From positions 154,811-218,810 of IMG/VR virus record IMGVR_UViG_3300021387_000529: a DNA stretch of 64,000 nt; one strand, given 5' to 3'. Made by a program: the position numbers and the translations under genes. Shown piece by piece: positions 55,225 to 64,000 of this stretch. The notes beneath the pieces were generated by a model. The model saw only the letters and a list, made by a program, of their open reading frames with translations, ran no database searches and was not told where the DNA came from. Positions within the stretch are counted from its first letter, which is position 1, and every line of letters begins with the position of its first letter. The stretch is from a virus (Duplodnaviria > Heunggongvirae > Uroviricota > Caudoviricetes).

Positions 55225-56274
55225 ATGAAGAAGCTTTTTGTACTTGGAGACATGCATTTTTCTGGTCGTAGAGATTGGGACCATGAGTCATTCAAAAATT
55301 TTATAAATTGGTTTAAAAATTATGAGTTTGGAAAATATGAAGATTGTGAATTGCTTCAGCTTGGAGATGTTACAGAAAAAGCTCAAAATTACGGAGATAC
55401 TTATGCTTTGGCAACTGAGTTCTTTTTGTGTGCATTGTCTAAGTTCTGTAAAATCTATGTTATCGGCGGCAACCACTGTGAAAAGTACGATACTGAGAAA
55501 AATAAAGAGTATTTTTCAACTGAGTTTTTGACAGAGCTCAGCAACAATATCAAAACAATCTATAAAGAAGAAGTTTTCTCAGTTCTTGGTGGAAAACTTT
55601 CTGTCTTAGCTTTGCCATATAAATATACAGCAATTCCATTAGATGATTATTATAATACAAAGTTACCACAAGACATTTATGATGACCATTATGAAATTAT
55701 TTGTGGCCATGAAATGATTTATGATGAAAATTTTAAGATTGCTGGTGGTATAGACCTTAAAAAGTTCAATTATGATCATGCTGTTTTTGGACATATCCAT
55801 AACAGATTTGGAAATAACGCATCAATGTATACTGGCTCGATTATGCCATTCAGAAAAAGTGAAGAAAAGACTGAACTGCCACGATGCATAAAAGTCTATA
55901 GCGAAGATAACATTGAATTGCCAGAAATTGTGTTGCCAATTTTCAGGCAATATCATGTTGTTGACTTCAGACAAAAAAATCCAATTTTGTACAAAAAACA
56001 TTCAGGACAAACTGTGCATGTTTATGAATTTATAAATTGTGTAAATGATACAATTGCGTTCAATAAATATCCTAATGTTTATGTTAAAAAGTCTACAGCA
56101 GTTAGTATTGATGATATTGACATTGATATTGATGACGAAAATTTTGATAAAAATATTTTGCTTGAAGATGACTTTACAATATTGGAACAAATGTGCAAAG
56201 AACAAGGCATAAATCTTAAAAGGAAAACTAAAGCTTTATTGAAGGAACTTTTGACAAAAAATGAAAGAAAATAA
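55225..56274 (+). CDS. Mre11/SbcD/gp47-like metallophosphoesterase nuclease
   Basis: LGDMH, QLGD, GGNH, CGHE, FGHIH, YTGS. Confidence 0.85.
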   Translation: MKKLFVLGDMHFSGRRDWDHESFKNFINWFKNYEFGKYEDCELLQLGDVTEKAQNYGDTYALATEFFLCALSKFCKIYVIGGNHCEKYDTEKNKEYFSTEFLTELSNNIKTIYKEEVFSVLGGKLSVLALPYKYTAIPLDDYYNTKLPQDIYDDHYEIICGHEMIYDENFKIAGGIDLKKFNYDHAVFGHIHNRFGNNASMYTGSIMPFRKSEEKTELPRCIKVYSEDNIELPEIVLPIFRQYHVVDFRQKNPILYKKHSGQTVHVYEFINCVNDTIAFNKYPNVYVKKSTAVSIDDIDIDIDDENFDKNILLEDDFTILEQMCKEQGINLKRKTKALLKELLTKNERK

Positions 56275-56827
56275 AACAAAGGTGCTTTTTCTTGACATAG
56301 ACGGCGTATTAAACTCAGATAGCTTTTTTAATTCAGACTACTATAAAAAATTACGTCAATCAAAGGGTGAGCAAGGTTGTATGCACGACCCAAGAAAAAT
56401 TGCGCTTTTATCAGAAATCGTGAAGAAAACTCACTGCAAAGTCGTTATGAGTTCATCATGGCGTTGTTTTTATTTTGGTAAAAATGACAATTGTAAGATG
56501 CTTGCAAAGCCTATCAAAAAAGACTTTAAAAAATATGGCATCAGAATTAAAGAGCATGTGAATGATGCAATTGATACTGAATATGCAAAAAAGTATGATG
56601 ATTGGTTTTGGTCAGAAAGAACTGAGCCTTTTGAAATAACACAATTTTTTGAGCGTGGATTAGAAATTAAAAACTATTTGAAAGCACATCCTGAAGTAAA
56701 ACAATTTGCAATTCTAGATGATTGTGATGGAGACTTACACCTTCATGGTGAGCATTTTGTTCAAACGAATTGTTTAGTTGGTCTTACAAAAAAAGATGTT
56801 GAAAAAGTAATAGAGCTTTTAAAATAA
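56261..56827 (+). CDS. HAD-family phosphatase (Swiss-army-knife RNA-repair-like, HAD_SAK_2 type)
   Basis: LFLDIDGVLN, VVMSSSWR, RGLEIKNYL, FAILDD, FVQTN..GLT. Confidence 0.85.
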   Translation: MKENKTKVLFLDIDGVLNSDSFFNSDYYKKLRQSKGEQGCMHDPRKIALLSEIVKKTHCKVVMSSSWRCFYFGKNDNCKMLAKPIKKDFKKYGIRIKEHVNDAIDTEYAKKYDDWFWSERTEPFEITQFFERGLEIKNYLKAHPEVKQFAILDDCDGDLHLHGEHFVQTNCLVGLTKKDVEKVIELLK

Positions 56828-56856
56828 AAAATGGGGGCTTTCGCCCCCATTTATTT
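56826..56856. terminator. Bidirectional intrinsic terminator
   Basis: ATGGGGGC-tttc-GCCCCCAT flanked by A- and T-tracts. Confidence 0.85.
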
Positions 56857-56876
56857 ATGTTACATTCACAACAAGT

Positions 56877-59588
56877 TTAAGCTTGAAGATTATGAACCAT
56901 ACGGAGTGTAACAGTCTCTGAGTATGGAGTACATGTGATAGCAACTTCAATAACAAAGTCACGCTGTGCTTTTGTATATGCATTGTTAACACCTGCGATG
57001 TCGCATGTAGCTTTAGTCCAAACTGGATTATCACCTTCAAGACGTTTTGCCAAAATAGAATTAACCTGTCCCTGGCGTTTTGACATGTAGTAATTGTTAA
57101 TTGGCTTCATAATTTGCTTTCTCATTACTTTATCGCGGATTTCACGACGAACTCTTAAGAATGAAAGAGCATGACCTAACCAAGACCAGTCACTCAACAT
57201 ATTAGGGTCACGTGTTGTTTTCTGAGAAACAATCATAACACCTTCTTCAGCTGCAAGAACAATTGGGTTTACACCTTTCTTGTCAAGTGTTTTCTCAGCA
57301 TCCTGGTCAATCTGATAACGTGAACGAAGAGCTTTAACATCTGTCAACTGACCACCAATGTCACCTTCATTTGTCCATGCTGGAGCTGCTCCACCAAAAC
57401 GTTTGTCAAGAATACGAGCAATCATCAAAGCAACTGAACCAATTGGCTGTCTCCAGTACTTAGTCTTTGTTACTTCATCATAAACCTCGAATTCACCAGC
57501 ATAAAGTGCATTAGCGCCTTCATTTACACGGTCATTTACAACAAGTTTATTTGCGATTGCATCTGTAACAATACCTTTTTCATTAGGCTCCAAAATCTTT
57601 GGAGAAATTGTAGCAGCATTTTCCTGAAGTTTAGAAATCTTAGCAATATAAGGTTTGAAAACTTCCTGACCTGTACATTCAACGAAAATCCAAGCGTCAT
57701 CATACTCACCAAGAGTAGCTTCTGTCAAACCGTCAATGATAATCTGCTTGTAATTGTCATTCCAAATACCACCCATTTTTCTCATAACTTTGTTGCTCTG
57801 CATTACCAAAGTTGTGTAACGGTCACCTTCAATGTAGAATTTCTTCTCAGTTGGTGAGCTTCCATCTTTATCGATGTCATATGGGTCAATGATACGTTTC
57901 TGTTGGTAGAATCCATGCTCATCAAGGTCGCCTGCATCATCGCCAAACTTTCTCAATACACGAACACAAACGAATGTGTCGTCATCAGCAATCAATTCTG
58001 GGTAATAGTTTGGATTACCGTATGTATTTTTACCATTAGGGTCAAGAGAACCTGTGAAAATACCACCTGAAATTGTCTGGTTATTTACATTCTCAGTAAA
58101 CTCAATTGTGATGTTATTGAAGTTTGGATTCAATGGAACAGCTTTCAAAGCAGAAAGGTCTGCCTGGTAGTTAACTGGACCATCAATCTCACCCCAAAGC
58201 TCAATTTCTTCTTCTTCAGTAAGAACATGAGTTACTTTGTCACCAGCATCTGGACGGAAGAATGTATGGTAAATAGAAGGAACACGAGAACCAACCAATG
58301 CATCCTGGAATGAAACGAATCTTGTGTTCAAGTCTTCTGTTACAGCATAGTAAATTGTTCCATCGTCGTCTTCTGTGTATTTACCAATGTATTTTACAGC
58401 TTTGTCAGCTTTATCTGGGTCATAGAAACCGAGATACTCATTTGCTTCGATAGCTTCTGCCAATGCTTCTTTTTCTTCTGAGTTCAAAGCAGCAACTGAC
58501 TCATCAATTACAAGATGTCCAGTCTTTTTGAATTCTTCTTTGTTATATGGAGCATAGTTCAAAAGTTTCTCATAATAATATTTGTCGTATCCAATTGCTG
58601 TGATGTGACAAGTTGTTTTCTCTTCTGTTGGTGATTGCTGGAACCAGTAAGCGATAACTTCATCTTCGATTGTTACAGCAAATGTGAATGTATTCTGAAT
58701 TCCGAATGCGATTGAGTATTCTTCATCATCGATATTTACACCACCATTGATAAGCAACTTTGCAAGATTTTTTGGCTCAGCAACAAGAGCTTCAAACTCT
58801 TCACCATGGAAACCAATCCAATCTGCCAAAGCATTGAAGTCTGCAGCTGCAAGCTCATCAGCATCATAGTCACGACCGAAGTTTTTCAAAGTAGCTGTCT
58901 GACCTTTGAATGTCCAAAGACCATCTTCATCGCCCCAGTAAGTTCTGTCTGTACCAGCTGATGAAACCAAACCTTCACGCATTGTGTCATAGTCGATAGC
59001 TTCTACAGCAAGCTTCTTATTTTTTGTGAAAGAAATAGCATAGTCTGTTCCTTCTTCTGTTTTCTTCATAGAGAAGAAACCATATCCAGGCTCACCAGAA
59101 ATTGGCTCATAGTCTGGAACTGTAGGACCAGAAACTTCAATCTTTGTAAGTTTATTTGCAAAGTCTTTCTTGAACTTGTCTTCTTTACCTGGAACAACTT
59201 TTACGTTGAAAGCATTTCCAGTTCCTTTTTCAAGCTCTTCTTTAGTTGCTACATTGTAGAACTTCTGAATACCGTCTTTTGTCAAGTAGAAACCACCAAA
59301 ATATGATGGATATGAAACTGAGTTTCCTGCAGGGGCAGATACGTAACAAGGATATTCAGTATTGAAAGCTTTTACCTCATAGATGTCTGGCCAATCAGCT
59401 GAAGGCTTACCAACCAAAGCATCAATAGCTTCGCTGTTATTCTTCGAAAAATAGATTGGTCTTTGATTACCTTTTGGTGCACGTACAACGAAATATCCGA
59501 TAACTTCATCTTCTGTTTCATTTACTACGAAAGACTTGTCGATGTCTATAAAACGAAGTCTCCAGCTTCTTTTATTATTAAAAGCCAT
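56877..59588 (-). CDS. Tail sheath protein (gp18-like)
   Basis: C-terminal sheath domain: KYWRQPIGSVA, GAAPAW, LDKKGVNPI, SQKT, LRVRR, FVIEVAITCTPYSETVTLR. AACTAATT motif and RBS ggagg upstream. Confidence 0.88.
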   Translation of the reverse strand: MAFNNKRSWRLRFIDIDKSFVVNETEDEVIGYFVVRAPKGNQRPIYFSKNNSEAIDALVGKPSADWPDIYEVKAFNTEYPCYVSAPAGNSVSYPSYFGGFYLTKDGIQKFYNVATKEELEKGTGNAFNVKVVPGKEDKFKKDFANKLTKIEVSGPTVPDYEPISGEPGYGFFSMKKTEEGTDYAISFTKNKKLAVEAIDYDTMREGLVSSAGTDRTYWGDEDGLWTFKGQTATLKNFGRDYDADELAAADFNALADWIGFHGEEFEALVAEPKNLAKLLINGGVNIDDEEYSIAFGIQNTFTFAVTIEDEVIAYWFQQSPTEEKTTCHITAIGYDKYYYEKLLNYAPYNKEEFKKTGHLVIDESVAALNSEEKEALAEAIEANEYLGFYDPDKADKAVKYIGKYTEDDDGTIYYAVTEDLNTRFVSFQDALVGSRVPSIYHTFFRPDAGDKVTHVLTEEEEIELWGEIDGPVNYQADLSALKAVPLNPNFNNITIEFTENVNNQTISGGIFTGSLDPNGKNTYGNPNYYPELIADDDTFVCVRVLRKFGDDAGDLDEHGFYQQKRIIDPYDIDKDGSSPTEKKFYIEGDRYTTLVMQSNKVMRKMGGIWNDNYKQIIIDGLTEATLGEYDDAWIFVECTGQEVFKPYIAKISKLQENAATISPKILEPNEKGIVTDAIANKLVVNDRVNEGANALYAGEFEVYDEVTKTKYWRQPIGSVALMIARILDKRFGGAAPAWTNEGDIGGQLTDVKALRSRYQIDQDAEKTLDKKGVNPIVLAAEEGVMIVSQKTTRDPNMLSDWSWLGHALSFLRVRREIRDKVMRKQIMKPINNYYMSKRQGQVNSILAKRLEGDNPVWTKATCDIAGVNNAYTKAQRDFVIEVAITCTPYSETVTLRMVHNLQA

Positions 59589-59625
59589 GTACTTTCCTCC
59601 TATATAATTTCTCTAATTATATAGA

Positions 59626-59633
59626 AATTAGTT
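59626..59633 (-). promoter_or_regulatory. Late-type promoter motif AACTAATT (tail sheath)
   Basis: Context AACTAATTTCT is identical to the terminase site. Confidence 0.6.
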
Positions 59634-59667
59634 TTGGTCTTTTAAAATGATTCATATTATTTATAAA

Positions 59668-59698
59668 TAAAAAAAGGGTGGAGAATATTCTCCACCTT
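59668..59698 (-). terminator. Intrinsic terminator
   Basis: GGTGGAGA-atat-TCTCCACC with a T-tract on the minus strand. Confidence 0.75.
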
Positions 59699-59706
59699 GA
59701 AGTTTT

Positions 59707-60027
59707 TTAGTCTTTATTATAAAAGTCATCAAACTCTTTTTCATTATAGTTCTTTCTGACTTCGCCAACAATGTCTTTTAATGGAAACATAAAAGAGTCT
59801 TTCTTGTCAATATCTTTAAGTGAGCCTTTATGATCACAATTCATGCAGTAATATGTACATGAGTTTTCAAGCTTAGACTTAAGATAGACCATAATTTTGC
59901 CTTTTCCACAATGGCCACATTCTCCAATCATCATAAGATTATTTGCAATATCCATTGTAGCATTGTGTATTTTTGCTGCCAATTTCTTTTTCTGACTGTT
60001 TGACATTGTTTTTTCTTCATTTGACAT
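59707..60027 (-). CDS. Small Zn-ribbon protein (start revised from 60090)
   Basis: CGHC..YCMNC. RBS aaggag before the ATG at 60027. Confidence 0.6.
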   Translation of the reverse strand: MSNEEKTMSNSQKKKLAAKIHNATMDIANNLMMIGECGHCGKGKIMVYLKSKLENSCTYYCMNCDHKGSLKDIDKKDSFMFPLKDIVGEVRKNYNEKEFDDFYNKD

Positions 60028-60043
60028 ATTAAATATTCTCCTT

Positions 60044-61018
60044 TTATTTTGCATGAACTTTTCCAAACCATGAAGTAGCATCAAGGCCATAAATAGCTTG
60101 GCGTATCATATCATTAAATTTTTGATTTTCTTTATTGAAGTGGATAAATTGTGAAACGTCTTTGCCTTCAAGTAAAGAACGAATAAGCTGGATATTCTGT
60201 TTCATCTTACCGACAACATTTTCTTTTTGTGATGCAATAGAAAACTCAATGGCAAGAATTTCTAAGTTGGATTTTTCTTCTTTTTTGGAAATCTTGATAT
60301 AGTCTAACGAGTCAAATTCTTTTAAAAACTCATCAATAGTTATTCCACTGTTTGATACATCACAAATAACATTATAGCATGTTTTTCTGATATTTGTCAT
60401 AAACTTTGCTTTCTTAAGGAAAATGCATCCTTGAATATTATCACTGCTATCGCCAAAAAATGACTTGTATAAAATATTCGCAGCAGGTGTCGGGTTGAAC
60501 TTAAACTTATCATAAAACTCTTGTTTAGACCAAGGATTGTCGAAGCCTTTGTTAATCATAAAGACATGCTCATTTAGAGCTTTCGCCCAGTCCTCATCAG
60601 TGGTGACAAGTGCAATATCGCCTGATAATGAAGAAACTAAAGGCTCAATAAAGTCATCAGCTTCATATTCTTGTGCATAAACTTCTTTTATGCTTTCGCC
60701 ACGATATGCAAAAAACTTCCAAATATTTTCAATTGTATTTGCATATAAATTTGAATATGTTCGTTTAGCTTTATATTTTTTATTAATATTCTTTCTAGTA
60801 GAATATGATTGAACATGAAATGATTTTTCTTCATTCAAGGTATTTTTTGAAATTGGGTCGAAAACAATATAGATTGTTCCGTCTTTTTTCAGATAGCGTT
60901 TTGTGTCATCATTTACAAATGAAATAAACTTTTTTGTGATGTCAATCACAGTGTCTTTTTCTTTTTGCAAACGATAGAAAAGGTTTGCTGAGTCTATTAT
61001 AATATTATCATATAACAA
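60044..61018 (-). CDS. 5'-3' exonuclease / RNase H (T4 rnh/FEN-like)
   Basis: IIDSANLFY, IVFD, YKAKR, YEADD, TTDEDW, GDSSDNIQG. Confidence 0.88.
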   Translation of the reverse strand: MLYDNIIIDSANLFYRLQKEKDTVIDITKKFISFVNDDTKRYLKKDGTIYIVFDPISKNTLNEEKSFHVQSYSTRKNINKKYKAKRTYSNLYANTIENIWKFFAYRGESIKEVYAQEYEADDFIEPLVSSLSGDIALVTTDEDWAKALNEHVFMINKGFDNPWSKQEFYDKFKFNPTPAANILYKSFFGDSSDNIQGCIFLKKAKFMTNIRKTCYNVICDVSNSGITIDEFLKEFDSLDYIKISKKEEKSNLEILAIEFSIASQKENVVGKMKQNIQLIRSLLEGKDVSQFIHFNKENQKFNDMIRQAIYGLDATSWFGKVHAK

Positions 61019-61072
61019 GAATGTTTTCTCCTTTTGTTAATATAATTATATTAATAATAGTTTGAAAGATTT

Positions 61073-62170
61073 TTACTTAAAAGAAATCATAGAAGCATTT
61101 GCTGTGACAAGAGACTCAAGACCATCTAACGTAACTGAGCCTTTATATGGAAAACCATACTCATCTACAGTTGAAAAATCAAAATCAAAACTTACATCTT
61201 TTACAATAAGCGGAGGCAAAACCATTCTACCAATTCTATATGTAACACCACGGTATGTTGTGCTGTTAATAAGGTCTCGGCCAGCATTGTTAATTGCAGT
61301 GTGCATAATATTTTGTATATTTGTTAAACCTTTTGCAAAATCGCTAATAACATTGCTATTTTCATCACCTTCAAATCCAGACTTAATATCGCTTAATTTA
61401 TTACCGAATATTCCTTTTGCGATTCTTCTTACTGCTTCTGAAATGGCATATTCTGTAGATGGTGCTGTACCTTGAACCCATCCATCTTCACCAGTTCCAC
61501 GAGCCATAAATGCAGAAGCAATTGCAATGATTGGTTTTACAACCTCTTCTTCAGCAGAAAATAAGCCAGCTTGGCCAAATTGAAAATTAAACTTCAATGA
61601 TGACGGCATTGTCAACGTTGATATGTCTTTTAGTACTGGAACTTTTTTATATTTTGGAATATTAACAGATGGTGTAACTTGATTGTCAGGTGTCAAAGCT
61701 GACAGTAAACGAGCATTTTGTGCAACTTGGTCTACTGCACTTATCAACTTATTTCCCATAACTGCATCCCAAAAATTATCAAATGTCTGTGAAGCTGAAA
61801 ATTTAATAACCATATCATCAGGACGCAATAATACATGGTTGTTTACTTTAACATTTCCATAATTACGCCAATTTCCAAAATTATTACGTGCAGAACCTAA
61901 ACCATCCCAAATAATTTTTCCATTTGCAAGTCCACCATTCATTACTGCAATATCAACTGTATTAAAGACATTGATAAACTCTTGAGCATGCCCACCATTT
62001 ATACCCATCGAGTCAAACACATTACTTGGAGCGAGAACTCTACTTTTATAAACATCTTTATAGTTATTATCATTTACATAAACGCTGAGCTGGTCACTAT
62101 TCGCATTTTGACCACCAGTACTATGTTTTGTATGTGCAAGAATGTCTTTTTGAGCGTCTGGTCTATACAT
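61073..62170 (-). CDS. Baseplate / tail-tube initiator protein (gp48/gp54-like)
   Basis: PSSLKFNFQF and C-terminal PLIVKDVSFDFD..GFPYKGSVTL, a tube-fold pattern. AACTAATT motif upstream. Confidence 0.5.
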   Translation of the reverse strand: MYRPDAQKDILAHTKHSTGGQNANSDQLSVYVNDNNYKDVYKSRVLAPSNVFDSMGINGGHAQEFINVFNTVDIAVMNGGLANGKIIWDGLGSARNNFGNWRNYGNVKVNNHVLLRPDDMVIKFSASQTFDNFWDAVMGNKLISAVDQVAQNARLLSALTPDNQVTPSVNIPKYKKVPVLKDISTLTMPSSLKFNFQFGQAGLFSAEEEVVKPIIAIASAFMARGTGEDGWVQGTAPSTEYAISEAVRRIAKGIFGNKLSDIKSGFEGDENSNVISDFAKGLTNIQNIMHTAINNAGRDLINSTTYRGVTYRIGRMVLPPLIVKDVSFDFDFSTVDEYGFPYKGSVTLDGLESLVTANASMISFK

Positions 62171-62178
62171 AATATTTT

Positions 62179-62195
62179 AATTAGTTCAACTAACT
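62179..62195. promoter_or_regulatory. Back-to-back divergent late-type motifs
   Basis: AATTAGTT (minus, serving 61073..62170) then AACTAACT (plus, serving 62201..62539). Confidence 0.6.
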
Positions 62196-62200
62196 ATAAT

Positions 62201-62539
62201 ATGGAAAATATTTTGGAAAGTCTTCGCACTGCAGACAAACTTCGTGCTTTAAGAGAAGCAGACCAACAACAGCAGGCTCAGCAGGCTGCTCAGCCACAGC
62301 AACAGCAAGCTCCAGCTCAATCAAATGTTGACCAAGCTCAACTCGAAAAAGCTTTTGAAGCAGCTCTTCAGACTGTGAAAAGTGACATAGTAAAAGAAGT
62401 TCAGGGACTTATGGAAAAATTTGGAGCTGAGCTTGTTAAGAAACTTCAGGGAAACAGCAATGATAAAAACGCTGCTTCACAACCACAACAAAATAACCAA
62501 CAACCATCACAGGAGGAAAATACAAATGGCAACAAGTAA
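62201..62539 (+). CDS. Gln/Ala-rich late protein (start revised from 61982)
   Basis: AACTAACTATAAT-ATG context. MENILESLRTADKLRALREADQQQQAQQ. Confidence 0.65.
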   Translation: MENILESLRTADKLRALREADQQQQAQQAAQPQQQQAPAQSNVDQAQLEKAFEAALQTVKSDIVKEVQGLMEKFGAELVKKLQGNSNDKNAASQPQQNNQQPSQEENTNGNK

Positions 62540-62678
62540 AGAAAAATTGGCTGAAATTAAAGCTAAGAAAGAAGCAGCTCTCGTAGCAAAAGCTGAAACA
62601 CTTGCTATGAAGAAATTGTATGCAGAAAAATATGTTTTTGATAATTCAAAAAATAAATCTGCTAAAGACGACAGATAA
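62526..62678 (+). CDS. Small basic helical protein (50 aa; start revised from 62421)
   Basis: RBS ggagg before the ATG at 62526. MATSKEKLAEIKAKKEAAL. Confidence 0.55.
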   Translation: MATSKEKLAEIKAKKEAALVAKAETLAMKKLYAEKYVFDNSKNKSAKDDR

Positions 62679-62681
62679 AAA

Positions 62682-62712
62682 TAAAGCCGCTCAGAAGAGC
62701 GGCTCTTTTTAT
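62682..62712. terminator. Bidirectional terminator
   Basis: GCCGCTC-agaa-GAGCGGC flanked by A- and T-tracts. Confidence 0.8.
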
Positions 62713-63999
62713 TTAGAATCTCGATGTTTCATTCAATTCACTTCGTGATAGATAAAAGTCAGGTTCTTCACTTTCTGCAATGTCAAGTGGACACTCATAA
62801 ATTTCTAATTCATCTTTTCCAAAATCGTCGATAATATCACTTATTTCATCAGCACGAATTGTAAATGCATCATCATTATCAACCCAACCATGTAAGTCTG
62901 CATACCAATCATTAAGACGAGCGCAAACTTCAGACTCAGGATTGACAGCAACAACAATATACAAGTCACTGTTTGCGTCTTCAAAAGACTCTTTCATCTT
63001 CTTACCTTTTTCTTTCAACTGTGGCTTAGTCACTTCTTTTTTATGATCTTCATACCAGGCCAAGAAATCGTCTTCACGACCATCATCATATTTACTATGC
63101 ATGTCTGGTGCTCCTATTGAATGTGTATGGTTTGGGTATCTGTTCAATGGCTCAACAACTTTTTTATCATGAATTGGCTTTCTTTTCTCAGCCCATTCAG
63201 CTTTAAGTTTGTTGTATTCTTCATCACCAGGATAGCGTACTGTTCCAGGATATTCAAACTTACGAAGGTGTGCTTCCTTCCATGCAATATCATCAAAGTC
63301 ACTGTCATAGTCAATCTTTTCAGGAGCTTTGCCTTCTTTAAGGGCTTTCATATTTGCATCAAGCTTACTGAAGAACTCATCAATCTTTTTACGAGTTGGA
63401 GTAATGTCTGTGACAACTGAGCAAATATGCTCTGGTGCAAAATCACCAATGCATCCATCAGCGGTGCAAGCAGCTCCACCAACATCGCCTTCTTTCAAAG
63501 GATTTGTATTTTCATTCATATATTCTTTTCTCCATGAATTATTATCATTTGCATCTTTTTCAAAATGAGGAAACTCACTTTTCCAAGATTTTTTTCCGAT
63601 TTTTGTAAAGTATTCATCTGAGTCTTCATTAGGTGTTTTAAATATTTCAGATTTATTTGCTGAGCTTCTCTTTACATAATTAGCGACAGTTCCATCTTCA
63701 TGGACACCTAATGTTTGGTAAAAACTAATATCTGACACTCTTCCATTGCTTACATCAGCATAAATATATGAGTCTTGATATGTTTCTTTACAAATTCTTT
63801 CAACTTCATCTTGTGGAATATTTTTTACGATGAAAGATACTTCTTGTTCACCTCTAAAAATACCATGAACTTTTACATATTTATAGTCTTTTTCTCTTAG
63901 AAATCTTATAAACTTTTTTTCATTTCTATAATTTTCTATATCTGAGTATGATGTATAATCTTTGTCAAAATTTTTATATTGCTTTGCGCCAGGGTTAAC
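62713..63999 (-). CDS. Multidomain hypothetical protein, 5'-truncated by window edge (DUF3293-like segment plus acidic LKE-containing region)
   Basis: Frame is open from 63999 through the GTG at 63738: ..NEKKFIRFLREKDYKYVKVHGIFRGEQEVSFIVKNI..YQDSYIY.. Confidence 0.6.
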   Translation of the reverse strand, partial: VNPGAKQYKNFDKDYTSYSDIENYRNEKKFIRFLREKDYKYVKVHGIFRGEQEVSFIVKNIPQDEVERICKETYQDSYIYADVSNGRVSDISFYQTLGVHEDGTVANYVKRSSANKSEIFKTPNEDSDEYFTKIGKKSWKSEFPHFEKDANDNNSWRKEYMNENTNPLKEGDVGGAACTADGCIGDFAPEHICSVVTDITPTRKKIDEFFSKLDANMKALKEGKAPEKIDYDSDFDDIAWKEAHLRKFEYPGTVRYPGDEEYNKLKAEWAEKRKPIHDKKVVEPLNRYPNHTHSIGAPDMHSKYDDGREDDFLAWYEDHKKEVTKPQLKEKGKKMKESFEDANSDLYIVVAVNPESEVCARLNDWYADLHGWVDNDDAFTIRADEISDIIDDFGKDELEIYECPLDIAESEEPDFYLSRSELNETSRF

Positions 64000-64000
64000 T

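Noticed and set aside
1-64000. Stop-codon reassignment (TAG or TGA read as sense), as in some large gut phages
   Set aside because: Recognisable genes are full length in the standard code, and TAG (nrdG, HNH) and TGA (e.g. 2013, 29127, 50048) end genes at sensible places.
1-64000. The many 60-150-aa ORFs lying antisense or out of frame within long genes
   Set aside because: They are shadows of real genes, with no RBS or promoter context and no recognisable motifs.

Overview
This is a 64-kb, AT-rich, gene-dense piece of a large T4-like tailed phage (a contractile-tailed myovirus, probably jumbo-sized). Its host is probably an anaerobe, since it carries class III ribonucleotide reductase nrdD/nrdG. 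The standard genetic code is used, and both window ends cut through genes. Virion genes are scattered on both strands: terminase large subunit, tail sheath, tail tube, baseplate hub/spike/wedge, and several very long tail-fibre-like proteins. They are interleaved with replication and nucleotide genes: DnaX-like clamp loader, DnaB, PIF1-like helicase, family-A DNA polymerase fragment, 5'-3' exonuclease, Mre11/SbcD-like nuclease, Cas4/RecB-like nuclease, dUTPase, cytidine deaminase, NUDIX and CCA-adding enzyme. The most notable observations are: (1) the PolA gene stops exactly before catalytic motif A and ends in a degenerate Hint/intein-like tail, i.e. a split polymerase; (2) a ~70-bp non-coding element with two mutually exclusive hairpins occurs twice, 35 kb apart, both at divergent strand switches; (3) there is a readable promoter code, with three near-identical early promoters and more than 20 CTAA(T/A/C)T late-type motifs, many so close to the ATG that the mRNAs look leaderless; (4) a radical SAM/SPASM enzyme is translationally coupled to a tail-fibre-region gene; (5) two tandem 7-TM membrane proteins lie behind a holin-like gene; and (6) a MoxR ATPase/zincin-vWA pair is split by an inverted gene, each partner with its own early promoter. 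No tRNA, rRNA, CRISPR array or reverse transcriptase was seen. Family assignments come from motif recognition by eye, not database searches.
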